Below the pieces are notes generated by a model that made no database searches, was not told where the DNA came from, and saw only the letters and a program-made list of their open reading frames with translations. Source: Bdellovibrionales bacterium (lineage in GTDB: Bacteria > Bdellovibrionota > Bdellovibrionia > Bdellovibrionales > UBA1609). Taken from it: a stretch of DNA of 27,724 nt. Shown here piece by piece: positions 16,256 through 25,289 of this stretch (its first letter is position 1; each line of letters starts with the position of its first letter). The DNA lies in contig JBFWVI010000040.1 of assembly GCA_050246815.1 (NCBI GenBank), positions 1 through 27,724 of the forward strand. The letters are read 5' to 3'. Both the position numbers and the translations under genes were made by a program.

Positions 16256-19237
16256 ATGGAAATGGTCAGCACCGAAAGCAAATCGACACCTTCACAATCC
16301 ACCGACGACAAAATCCGGCTGAAAGGCGAATCCATTTTCGCCGACATGGAAGCGGATTCAGGGTCTATTTTCAATAAAGACTGGTGGTATGGGCGCATCA
16401 TGGACTGGAGCATGAAAAATGAGCAGTTCAAGACCCAGATGTTTCGCTTTGTGGACGTTTTACCCTATCTCAACAACAGCGGCGAAGTGGCCCGCCATTT
16501 AAAAGAATATTTTAGCGAAGGCGGCGAAGAATTACCTGGTATTTTTAACTTTGGGTTGGGCCTTGGCTCTCTGGCTCCGGGCCTGCTGGCTGGAACCGTG
16601 AAAAAGAACGTCGAGCAAATGGCCAAAATGTTCATCACCGGTGAGTCGCCTCAAACGGCACTGCCTGCCTTGAAAAAAGCCCGCAAAAACAAATTGTGCT
16701 TTACGGCAGACCTTTTGGGTGAAGCCACCTTGTCCGAAAAAGAAGCTTTGGATTACCAAAACCGTTACATGACCTTGATCAAAGATTTAGCCGAAGACTC
16801 GCAGCATTGGGAAACCATCCCACAAATCGACCAGGATGAAGCCGGGACTATCCCCAAAGTGAATGTGTCGGTCAAAGTGACCGCACTTTATTCGCAAATT
16901 GACGAAGCCGCCTGGGAAGAGAGCCTGGAAGTCTGCAAACAAAGACTTCGCCCCATCTTTTACGCCGCCAAAGAACGAGGCGTTTTCATCAACCTCGACA
17001 TGGAGCAATACGCCCACAAAGATTTTACGCTACAGCTGTTTCGCGAATTGATCAGCGAATCTGATTTTAAGAACTGGCGTGATGTGGGCGTGGTGATTCA
17101 AGCTTACCTACGCGACAGCCTGCAGGACGTGCAAAAACTTTGCGTTTTTGCACGCCAACGCGGCACCCCCTTTACCGTTCGTTTGGTGAAAGGTGCTTAC
17201 TGGGATTACGAGACCATTCACGCGCGCCAGAACAATTGGCCCATCCCGGTTTACACCAACAAAAAAGAATCCGATGCCAACTATGAGGCCTGTGCACGTT
17301 TATTGATTGAAAATCTCCCTGTTATTCGCGTGGCCATTGGCTCACATAACGTCCGCTCAATCGCCGCCGCGCTGGTGGCGGCAGAAGAACGTGGCCTAAG
17401 CAAAGCCGCCATCGAAGTGCAGATGCTTTACGGCATGGCAGAGCCCATCAAACGCGCCTTGGTGAAACAAGGCTATCGTGTGCGCGAATACGCCACCATC
17501 GGCGAATTGATCCCGGGCATGGCTTACCTGGTCCGCCGTTTGCTTGAAAACACCTCCAATGAATCTTTCTTGCGCTCAAAATTTGCCGAAAACGCGAATT
17601 CAGCATTGCTGCTGGCTAACCCTTTGAATGGCCTGGTGGCCTCAAGCCCCGACGTGGCGGCCGCCACCAATGGTTTTCGCAATGAACCCCTGATCGACTA
17701 TGCTGTTGAACAAGAGCGCACTCGTTTTAAAGAGGCTTTGCGCAAAACTGAGGCCGAACTTGGCAAAACCATTTACCCAATCGTCGGCAAACAGACTCTT
17801 AAGCCCGACGCAACTTTGCAACACCACAGCCCGGCCCATCCACAAAAATTGGTGGTCAAAGCCCATTTGGCTGGCGTCAAGGAAGCCGAGATGGCCGTGC
17901 AAACGGCGCGCGCAGCTTTTAAAAACTGGAGTTCGGTGCCCGCAGAAAATCGTGCGGCCATGCTGGAAAAGCTGGCGAATTTGATGAACGAAGATCGCCT
18001 GCGTTTGGCGGCCATTGAAGTGCACGAAGTGGGCAAAACTTGGTACGAAGCCGATGGTGATATCACCGAAGCCATCGACTTTTGCCGTTACTACGCCCGT
18101 GACATGCGCCGCCTAGCCAAACCCCAACGCGTGGGCCATGCCCCGGGCGAAATGTCCCTGTATGAATACCAACCGCGTGGAGTTGTGGCGGTGATCGCAC
18201 CGTGGAACTTCCCGCTCGCGATTTTATGTGGCATGGTCACGGCCGCCCTAGTCACTGGTAATACCGTGATTATGAAACCCGCCGAACAAAGCATGTTGAT
18301 CGCCTCGGAACTGCATCGTTTGCTTTTAAAGGCCGGCGTGCCGGCGGATGTGGTCAGCTTCTTGCCCGGTCTTGGCGAAGTGGCCGGAGACCATTTGGTC
18401 AATAGCCCCGAAGTGGATGTGATCGCATTCACCGGATCAAAAACCGTCGGCCTTTATATTCTGCAAAGAGCCTCTGTCGTTTTGCCGCGTCAACGTCACA
18501 TTAAAAAATGCATCATCGAAATGGGCGGCAAAAATGCCATTATTCTCGACTCTGACGCAGATTTGGACGAAGCCGTCGCGGGTGTTTTGTATTCGGCTTT
18601 CGGTTTTTCCGGACAAAAGTGTTCTGCCTGCAGCCGTGTGATTGTGCTTGAAGGTATCTATGACCGCTTTTTGGACCGCCTAGTTGAAGCGGCCAAGAGT
18701 ATTCCGGTGGGCTTTCCTGAATCCGCTCGCTCAAGTGTAGGTCCGGTTATCGACGAAGATGCGTATATGCGTATCCTAAAAACCATTGAAAAAGCAAAGG
18801 CCCACGCCACGCTGGTGTTTCAAGCCGAAGCTCCCAAAGAAGGTTACTTTATTCCGCCAACAATTTTTGCCGGGGTGGACCCTAAATCTGAACTTGCTCA
18901 AGAGGAAATCTTTGGACCGGTTTTGGCCGTGATTCGCGCCAAAGATCTTTCTCAGGCACTTGAGATTGCCAACGACACTGCTTACGCCTTAACCGGCGGT
19001 TTGTTCTCACGCAGCCCAGCCAATATTGCCCGTGTGAAGGCGGAGTTTGAAGTCGGTAACCTGTACGTCAATCGAGGCAACACTGGTGCGATGGTGGAAC
19101 GCCACCCGTTTGGCGGCTTTAAGCTTTCAGGGGTCGGCAGCAAAACCGGCGGGCCGGATTATTTACTGCAGTTTGTGGAACCACGGGTGGTGACCGAAAA
19201 CACCATGCGCCGAGGCTTTGCCCCGGCCGAAGAGTAA
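16256..19237 (+). CDS. putA: Bifunctional proline dehydrogenase / glutamate-semialdehyde dehydrogenase (short PutA, no N-terminal RHH)
   Basis: [60 protein letters not shown] and PFGG. ATG 16256 after AAGGAG (16262 is an alternative). Confidence 0.97.
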   Translation: MEMVSTESKSTPSQSTDDKIRLKGESIFADMEADSGSIFNKDWWYGRIMDWSMKNEQFKTQMFRFVDVLPYLNNSGEVARHLKEYFSEGGEELPGIFNFGLGLGSLAPGLLAGTVKKNVEQMAKMFITGESPQTALPALKKARKNKLCFTADLLGEATLSEKEALDYQNRYMTLIKDLAEDSQHWETIPQIDQDEAGTIPKVNVSVKVTALYSQIDEAAWEESLEVCKQRLRPIFYAAKERGVFINLDMEQYAHKDFTLQLFRELISESDFKNWRDVGVVIQAYLRDSLQDVQKLCVFARQRGTPFTVRLVKGAYWDYETIHARQNNWPIPVYTNKKESDANYEACARLLIENLPVIRVAIGSHNVRSIAAALVAAEERGLSKAAIEVQMLYGMAEPIKRALVKQGYRVREYATIGELIPGMAYLVRRLLENTSNESFLRSKFAENANSALLLANPLNGLVASSPDVAAATNGFRNEPLIDYAVEQERTRFKEALRKTEAELGKTIYPIVGKQTLKPDATLQHHSPAHPQKLVVKAHLAGVKEAEMAVQTARAAFKNWSSVPAENRAAMLEKLANLMNEDRLRLAAIEVHEVGKTWYEADGDITEAIDFCRYYARDMRRLAKPQRVGHAPGEMSLYEYQPRGVVAVIAPWNFPLAILCGMVTAALVTGNTVIMKPAEQSMLIASELHRLLLKAGVPADVVSFLPGLGEVAGDHLVNSPEVDVIAFTGSKTVGLYILQRASVVLPRQRHIKKCIIEMGGKNAIILDSDADLDEAVAGVLYSAFGFSGQKCSACSRVIVLEGIYDRFLDRLVEAAKSIPVGFPESARSSVGPVIDEDAYMRILKTIEKAKAHATLVFQAEAPKEGYFIPPTIFAGVDPKSELAQEEIFGPVLAVIRAKDLSQALEIANDTAYALTGGLFSRSPANIARVKAEFEVGNLYVNRGNTGAMVERHPFGGFKLSGVGSKTGGPDYLLQFVEPRVVTENTMRRGFAPAEE

Positions 19238-19255
19238 CACTCGCACCAGACTGTT

Positions 19256-20287
19256 TTATCGCGGATGACGGCGAGGGCGATTGCGCATGGCTTCAACCAT
19301 GTCGTGCATCGAAATTGGGTGGCCCATTTTTTCGACATGCACAGGCGCCAGCGCGGGGCCATTACGGTAGCGAAGCAGATAGACAATAGAGCCAATCAGT
19401 AAGGCTGCAGCTTCACCGCCTAGGTGGGCGGTGTAAGCCACGCCGCCAAAGTCGCCCACTGAACCCCAATAACCCGCTAAATCAGAAAGCACGAACATAA
19501 TCAGCACCACCCATGCAGGCAAAAAGATCACACCCACATAGCGAATCGAAGGCAGCAAGAAGTAAAAAAATCGCACCGGCCGTCTCCAAAAATAAAAACA
19601 AAACAAAGCCATCAACCCACTCACTGCGCCACTAGCACCGATCAAGGGCGCGGCTGTTGCCCCGGTCAGAAGAATAAACACACCCGCAGCCACCATTCCC
19701 GACAGCAGAAAAACCACCAAGACCGCCAACCCGCCAATGATCGGCTCAAGCATCGAGCCAAATATCAGCAGAAAATACATGTTACCAATGAAGTGATAGG
19801 TCCCGGAATGCACAAAGATGTACGATAGCCATTTGCCAACGCTGACGTCATCCGCTGTCAATCCCAAAACATAACTTGGATGGCGATCTTGCGAGTTTTG
19901 CAGCTGCTTGATATCGCGACGCCAGCGCTTGATTTCGACCTGATCGCCGCGAAATTCAAGATTTGGGGCCTCACTCATGAACTGACTGTTGCGCACGGCC
20001 AAGGATCCAAGCAGCTGCAACTTTTCAGTGCTGCCTTTAAGCCCTCGCGCAGCCAAGTTTTGCATCAAATCCGTATAGTCTTCAGGATTTTGTTGAATGT
20101 ACTGGGCAAACAAACGTCCCTGCAAACGCAAGAAGTGTTCATTGTCCAAATAGTGATCGATTGTGGTCTGCGATTCGACAGAAGGCACAATGCTGCCTAA
20201 AAAGACCGCTCCGTTCAAAAAAAAGATAATCCAGGTGATCGGAGCTTTATAAAATCTCAGCAATCCATTTAAAATTGGAACGATCAT
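19256..20287 (-). CDS. Rhomboid family intramembrane serine protease
   Basis: FVHSGTYHFIGNM, IGASGAVSG (catalytic Ser) and AHLGG (catalytic His). Soluble insertion of about 110 aa after the first TM. Confidence 0.93.
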   Translation of the reverse strand: MIVPILNGLLRFYKAPITWIIFFLNGAVFLGSIVPSVESQTTIDHYLDNEHFLRLQGRLFAQYIQQNPEDYTDLMQNLAARGLKGSTEKLQLLGSLAVRNSQFMSEAPNLEFRGDQVEIKRWRRDIKQLQNSQDRHPSYVLGLTADDVSVGKWLSYIFVHSGTYHFIGNMYFLLIFGSMLEPIIGGLAVLVVFLLSGMVAAGVFILLTGATAAPLIGASGAVSGLMALFCFYFWRRPVRFFYFLLPSIRYVGVIFLPAWVVLIMFVLSDLAGYWGSVGDFGGVAYTAHLGGEAAALLIGSIVYLLRYRNGPALAPVHVEKMGHPISMHDMVEAMRNRPRRHPR

Positions 20288-22245
20288 TTTTCACCGTACT
20301 CTTGACTGAGCAGTCGTGAGATCGTCACAAACTCATCCACGGTCGCGGGGGCACGCGTGTTGTTCAAAAGGTCATAGCGTTCGCGATAGGATTTCAGAAG
20401 CGCCCAAGCATCCTTACGACGGCCCATTTGATAAGCGGTCACCACCAAATCACGATTGATCTCCAAGTCGGCACGATTCTCGTCCAAAAGTTTCCAACCA
20501 ACTTTAAGCGCTTCGCCCAACTCGCCGCGGGCCTTTAAGGCGCGATACAGCACGGGGCCCAGTGTGCGTCGCGAGCCGGCTTTCAAAGTTTCCCAGTGTT
20601 TAATCCAAGGTTTCAATTCATCCCCGTTGGCCGTCCAACCGATCATGCGACGCAAGCCCTCAGCCCGCACGGCTTCTGGCTGTTTTTCATCCAAGATCAA
20701 TTGCCCCATTTTGGCTTTGGCCTCTTGGGTTTTGCCGCGAGTCCACAGATCTAAATTTTCAACTAAGCTTTCAATCGGCCCGGGGCCGGCGATACTGCGG
20801 ATCTCGGCGTAGTCACTGCTTTTAGCCTTCCCGTCGCACTTTTCTTTGATCAACACCATGGCCAGCCAACCCGAGGGCTGCAAATCGCCTTCTTCATCAC
20901 GGTGCACATCTTTGATCAACTGTTCACAACTGCTCGGCACCGTGGGTGAGCATTGACGCGCCAATTCTTCATAACACAACCAGCCCGAAAGATTCATTCG
21001 CTCTGGCCCCATTAAAGTTTCAAATGCCGTGGTCGCCACCAGGCGAGCCTCTTCGTAATGATTAGCACGCCACAAGGCTTTGACCCGCTCTGGGATCAAG
21101 TACTCAGCCAATTGGCTGCGGCCGCTCAAACGACCGATCACGTTCATGGCTTGCTCGTATTGTCCTTGGCGCATGAGGTAACGCACCTTCCACACCAACA
21201 CATGGGGTGAAGCATTGGCCGGTAAATTGTTGAACAGTTCGGCCACCTTGCCCCAGTCCTCGCTGGACCAATATTGCACGATGCTGGTCATGTGGCAGGG
21301 CTCGCCGTCTTGGTCCATCTTGCAAGCTTGCATCAGATACTCATTTGAGCGTTCGGCATCGTCAGAGTGGGCAAAGGCCATGGCCAAATAAGCCAAAGGT
21401 GATTGTTTGTTATTTTGGTTTAAAACCGCGTCGGCCTCTTGCTCAAGACAGCCTTGGCTGATGATGCCGCCGGCGAAAAGCTCCATCGCAGTTTGAAGCC
21501 GCTGCTCAGGATCAAAGCTGGCCTCTTCACGTTCAATGACTTCGCTAACGGCTTCACACAAAGTACGTTCGCCGCGATCTTGGCTTAACCAGCCCAAAAG
21601 TTTGTCTTCGTTTTGCAGATTGCCGACAATTTCCACAGCGCTCAAGATCAGCACGGCCGCAAAAGAGGCCAGCACTGCTGAGTAGACCCCCCGTACGAAA
21701 GACGTCTGCATTGGTCCCGGCGCGATGACCGCCGGGCGACGTGTGGTGATCACAACCGTGTCGGCAAGCTTATCATGCATGGTGCGACGTAAGGGATTCG
21801 AGAAAACCGAAAGCCACGGCAGTCCAAGCAACAAAACTTCGCCGATCCAAATGCCTGAACGTAGAGCGCATGCTTCAAAACCAGGGCGTGTTTGGCGCCA
21901 CACATCGATAACTCGCAGACCGAATACCATTTTGCCAAAGGTGGCACCAAATTTATAAATTAAAAAAGTTTGGTATAAAAAAACCAAAACCAAACTCAGC
22001 AGCACGCCCCAGATCGCGGCGATTGCAAATTGGGCCTGAGTGTCGAACAACACGGACTCCAGCATTTGACGACGCAGCGGCGCGACCAAGGCCAGCAAAA
22101 CCGGAGTTAAAATCACAGTCCAATCTAAAATCGCCGCAGCCAAACGATCTGCGGGCGAAGCCAGGCGATGCCCATGCCCGTCGAATTCGGACTTGGGTGC
22201 GGTGGGAAGTTGAGTTTTTCGGGTCTGGTAAGACTCGATAACCAT
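20284..22245 (-). CDS. RDD-family membrane protein fused to a large helical/TPR-like exported domain
   Basis: LASPADRLAAAILD, GATFGKMVFGLRVID and RRTMHDKLADTVVI, then a TM helix and a Cys-containing helical region. ATGA overlap with the rhomboid gene. Confidence 0.88.
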   Translation of the reverse strand: MVIESYQTRKTQLPTAPKSEFDGHGHRLASPADRLAAAILDWTVILTPVLLALVAPLRRQMLESVLFDTQAQFAIAAIWGVLLSLVLVFLYQTFLIYKFGATFGKMVFGLRVIDVWRQTRPGFEACALRSGIWIGEVLLLGLPWLSVFSNPLRRTMHDKLADTVVITTRRPAVIAPGPMQTSFVRGVYSAVLASFAAVLILSAVEIVGNLQNEDKLLGWLSQDRGERTLCEAVSEVIEREEASFDPEQRLQTAMELFAGGIISQGCLEQEADAVLNQNNKQSPLAYLAMAFAHSDDAERSNEYLMQACKMDQDGEPCHMTSIVQYWSSEDWGKVAELFNNLPANASPHVLVWKVRYLMRQGQYEQAMNVIGRLSGRSQLAEYLIPERVKALWRANHYEEARLVATTAFETLMGPERMNLSGWLCYEELARQCSPTVPSSCEQLIKDVHRDEEGDLQPSGWLAMVLIKEKCDGKAKSSDYAEIRSIAGPGPIESLVENLDLWTRGKTQEAKAKMGQLILDEKQPEAVRAEGLRRMIGWTANGDELKPWIKHWETLKAGSRRTLGPVLYRALKARGELGEALKVGWKLLDENRADLEINRDLVVTAYQMGRRKDAWALLKSYRERYDLLNNTRAPATVDEFVTISRLLSQEYGEK

Positions 22246-22296
22246 GAAAACTTATCGGCTTTCACGGTTATAAAGATAATATTGAGTGAAAGATCT

Positions 22297-22989
22297 CTAC
22301 TCGACAGAAGTCGAGGCGGTCACGCTGAATTTCAGCAGACGACCATAGCGATCCATACCAAAACTGGCAATGCCCACGGGTTGGCTCTTTTCGTTGCGCA
22401 ATTCATAGGTCTGTTGAATGCCCTCGCTGGTGGCAAGGCGTTCTTCGCTGACAGCAGAGCTAAATGGAACCGGCATCAAATTTTGGTTTTGCTTCAGAAA
22501 TTTTTCGCCATCACCAACATAAACTGAGCCTTCACTGCCGGCGGCTCGAATTTCACTTAATTTGCCGTTTTCCATGATCACCGCGTATTGGCTTTTTAAA
22601 ACCCCGAAACGCAGGCGCTCCTCGTCATTAGGACGATGGCCCAGGGTCAGGCTGGCCAAGTCGCGTGAACTGCGGCGGCTTAATTCCTTAGCCAAAGATT
22701 TTTCCCAATTCACATCTCGCTCTTCAGGTAATAAGGTTCGGTCATTCACGCTGGCTAAGCCACGGCCGACGGTTGAAGCCATATCCAAAGAGCGTGTCGG
22801 GGCGTAACGATTGGCTAAAAAGCTAATCGCAATAATGGCTGCTAATCCACCGACCAATTGCTTTTTGACGGATTTCTTTTTTGGAGCTGAAGGCTCGGGC
22901 GAAGCCGGTACTTGAGGTTGCGAAGTGGCAACAGTTTCGGCTTTGCGATCCGGAAAACGAATAACGTTGTCTTTTTTGGCTTGCTGCAT
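22297..22989 (-). CDS. Hypothetical single-pass membrane protein
   Basis: ATG after AGGAGG, N-terminal DNVIRFP, Pro-rich linker, Lys cluster, one TM helix and a soluble C-terminal domain. Confidence 0.8.
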   Translation of the reverse strand: MQQAKKDNVIRFPDRKAETVATSQPQVPASPEPSAPKKKSVKKQLVGGLAAIIAISFLANRYAPTRSLDMASTVGRGLASVNDRTLLPEERDVNWEKSLAKELSRRSSRDLASLTLGHRPNDEERLRFGVLKSQYAVIMENGKLSEIRAAGSEGSVYVGDGEKFLKQNQNLMPVPFSSAVSEERLATSEGIQQTYELRNEKSQPVGIASFGMDRYGRLLKFSVTASTSVE

Positions 22990-23013
22990 TTGAGCCTCCT
23001 GCCCTTCACCTAT

Positions 23014-23029
23014 TGCCAGCCCTGTGCCG
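23014..23029 (-). promoter_or_regulatory. sigma54-like promoter
   Basis: CGGCACAGGGCTGGCA (GG-N10-GC) 25 nt upstream of ATG 22989. Confidence 0.5.
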
Positions 23030-23108
23030 CGCCAGTCGCGCTAAACAAGGTCGGCGTTGCCCATCACTTCGACAGCTGCCGAACAAAAATTGCGCCTGGG
23101 TGGAAAGC

Positions 23109-23125
23109 TGTCTCAATTTGAGACA
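23109..23125. promoter_or_regulatory. Palindrome TGTCTCA-ATT-TGAGACA, candidate UAS/operator
   Basis: Perfect 7-3-7 palindrome about 80-95 bp upstream of the sigma54-like element. Confidence 0.65.
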
Positions 23126-23197
23126 TAAAGCCTTCGATCAACCTTGCGCTTTTGCCCGTCACGGCTCAAAATGGTAAGCACAGCTTGGTTATGTCTA

Positions 23198-23224
23198 ATA
23201 TCGGCACAACCCCGAATGAAATTA
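23198..23224 (-). promoter_or_regulatory. sigma28 (FliA)-like promoter
   Basis: TAAT-N15-GCCGATAT compared with consensus TAAA-N15-GCCGATAA. Confidence 0.5.
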
Positions 23225-23269
23225 ACAGTCGACAGAGGTTTAGCGCGATTGCAGCAACAGGAACATAAC

Positions 23270-23584
23270 GTGAGAACCTTTATAAACCGCGCCTTCAGCG
23301 GCCTGGCGTTAGGGCTGGCGCTGTGGGCCGCCCACGCGGCTTCAGACCAAAGTCTTGATGCCGCTTTCGAGAAAGACAAAATCGCTTACATCAAGCTTTA
23401 CGCCTATCCTAAAAGACCTATGGCTTCAAAAAGCGAGGCGCTTTTCACCAAGCGAAATAGCTCCGCCCGTACCAACCACTCAGGAACGGCCACAAGCTCT
23501 TCGGCATCCCCCAGCAACCCCGCGCCGCAAGGCACTTCGGCTTCGCCGCCAGCGGCACCCTCGGCCGAGACGGATCATGAATAA
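23270..23584 (+). CDS. Small secreted protein with a Ser/Pro/Ala-rich tail
   Basis: GTG at 23270, signal peptide ending AHA, and stop overlapping the ATG of the next gene. Confidence 0.6.
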   Translation: MRTFINRAFSGLALGLALWAAHAASDQSLDAAFEKDKIAYIKLYAYPKRPMASKSEALFTKRNSSARTNHSGTATSSSASPSNPAPQGTSASPPAAPSAETDHE

Positions 23585-24632
23585 ACTATTTTTACTTATT
23601 TTTTGCGCACTCCTTTCTTTGCCAGCCGGGGCACAAACACAAAGCACGCTAAGTTTAGAGGCGCAGCTAAAAGCCAAACCAGATGACATCCTTATTCGCG
23701 AACAGGCTGCGCGCGCCCATGCCAAAAGCAAAAATTGGCAAAAAGTGGTCGACCTTTTGAACCCACACACGGACGAAGCCACCGCGCGTGGCTTTTTGCA
23801 ACTGGCGGCGGCCTATCAAGAACTTAAAGACTATGCCAATTTAGTGCGGGTGATGAACCTGCTGGCCGAAAAACGCCCCAAGGATGCGCACATCCAATAT
23901 TTACTTGGCGATGCGCGACTTAAAGCCGCGGACGAAATGAAAGACTTAAAGCCCCGGCAAACTGCAGAAAATGAAGCCATCGACAATTTTCGCACGGCCC
24001 TTCGTCTTAAGCGCAGCTTCAAGCCGGCCCACCAGGCATTGGTGAACTACTTTTTAAAAGTGAACATGAACCATGAGGCGCGCGAGCAGATTTTAGACAT
24101 GATCAAAGTGTTTGGCTCACGCGGCGATTTTCATGCGGAGCTATGTCGCCTTTATTCGAACGACGGATTCTTGCCGCAGGCGATTAAATTCTGCAACAAG
24201 GCGATACAAATCAGTCCGAACGCGCCTGAAAGTTATGTTTATTTAGCGCAAACCTACTTCGATCAAAAAGAACTCGAAAAATCAGAAGAAGCTTTGATCA
24301 GGGCTGCCAAAAAATTTCAAAATTCAGAGTTTGTACAGTACGGGGCCGGGCAATTCTTTTTAACAAGTGGCAATTACCCCGTCGCCGCCCGATACTTGCA
24401 AAGGGCCGTGGCCAGCGATGCCAACTCCAGCCGTTCTCGGATTTCGTATGCCAATGCGTTGTTTGGCTCGGGGCAGATGGCGCAATCACTTCCACATTTT
24501 ATTAAAGCTTGCGAATTAAACTCGGCCTCACAGGGCGACTTTTTGGCCGCCGCTTCAAAACTGCGACTCAAAGGCGAAACTGTTTTAGCGCAAAAGTTTG
24601 CGCAAGCGGCCGGCGGTTGTAAGAAAAATTAG
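23577..24632 (+). CDS. Secreted tetratricopeptide repeat protein
   Basis: Signal peptide MNKLFLLIFCALLSLPAGA and several TPR-like units (YLLGDARL, AIQISPNAPESYVYLAQTY, YGAGQFF). Confidence 0.85.
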   Translation: MNKLFLLIFCALLSLPAGAQTQSTLSLEAQLKAKPDDILIREQAARAHAKSKNWQKVVDLLNPHTDEATARGFLQLAAAYQELKDYANLVRVMNLLAEKRPKDAHIQYLLGDARLKAADEMKDLKPRQTAENEAIDNFRTALRLKRSFKPAHQALVNYFLKVNMNHEAREQILDMIKVFGSRGDFHAELCRLYSNDGFLPQAIKFCNKAIQISPNAPESYVYLAQTYFDQKELEKSEEALIRAAKKFQNSEFVQYGAGQFFLTSGNYPVAARYLQRAVASDANSSRSRISYANALFGSGQMAQSLPHFIKACELNSASQGDFLAAASKLRLKGETVLAQKFAQAAGGCKKN

Positions 24633-24761
24633 TTTAGTCGCATTGGGCTTGGACCAAGGGCTGCTGGCCGAAGGCTTAAAGGTCATGCCTTTGTGAGCGG
24701 CTGGTGCCGCAGAAATATCTGATTCCTAGACAGAGTCTGGGCAGTGAAATAATATCATAGG

Positions 24762-25085
24762 ATGTATAATTTCACTCGACGTCTGCTTTCCAATGCCGTA
24801 GTTCCAGCATTTGCACTCGGAATCTTAGGAATTATTTTTTGGATCATGTGGGGCCCCGCTCATGCACATCAGATAGATCTTGTACCACCGATGGGAAAGT
24901 ATTCCCGAATTGCGAGTGTGTTAAGCCTGAGTTGGCCTTATTTTACTGCAGCTATCGTTTCAAATCTACTTTCATGGCATTTTACCCAAATAAATGAAGT
25001 TGAAGCCCCATTTTTGATTTTCCTTTTCAACTTTATAATAGTTTTGATTGGGATATTACTTCTTTTCCTCGGCCCTCAATGGTGA
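24762..25085 (+). CDS. Small AT-rich membrane protein (3 TM), possibly acquired
   Basis: Three hydrophobic segments. About 40% GC by hand count over 24781-25080, against roughly 50% in the flanks. Confidence 0.55.
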   Translation: MYNFTRRLLSNAVVPAFALGILGIIFWIMWGPAHAHQIDLVPPMGKYSRIASVLSLSWPYFTAAIVSNLLSWHFTQINEVEAPFLIFLFNFIIVLIGILLLFLGPQW

Positions 25086-25289
25086 TCACCAAATCGGTTT
25101 AAGGTCGATTTGTATTCAACAAAGCAAAGGCTTTTGTGAGCTCATTTTTCATGAAAAGTGCGAGCGGAAGACCCAGTCCTGCCTCTGCGAACCGCTTCAG
25201 ATAAGGCTCTCGTGACCTCCGCCTCCGGGCTCGGATCTCTTTCTAACGCAAATATTCTCCGCGCGAAGAAAAGTTTGCGTTAAAAAGAA

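Noticed and set aside
23355..23576. N-terminal extension of the TPR ORF
   Set aside because: It overlaps the 23270-23584 gene in another frame, and the signal peptide begins at ATG 23577.
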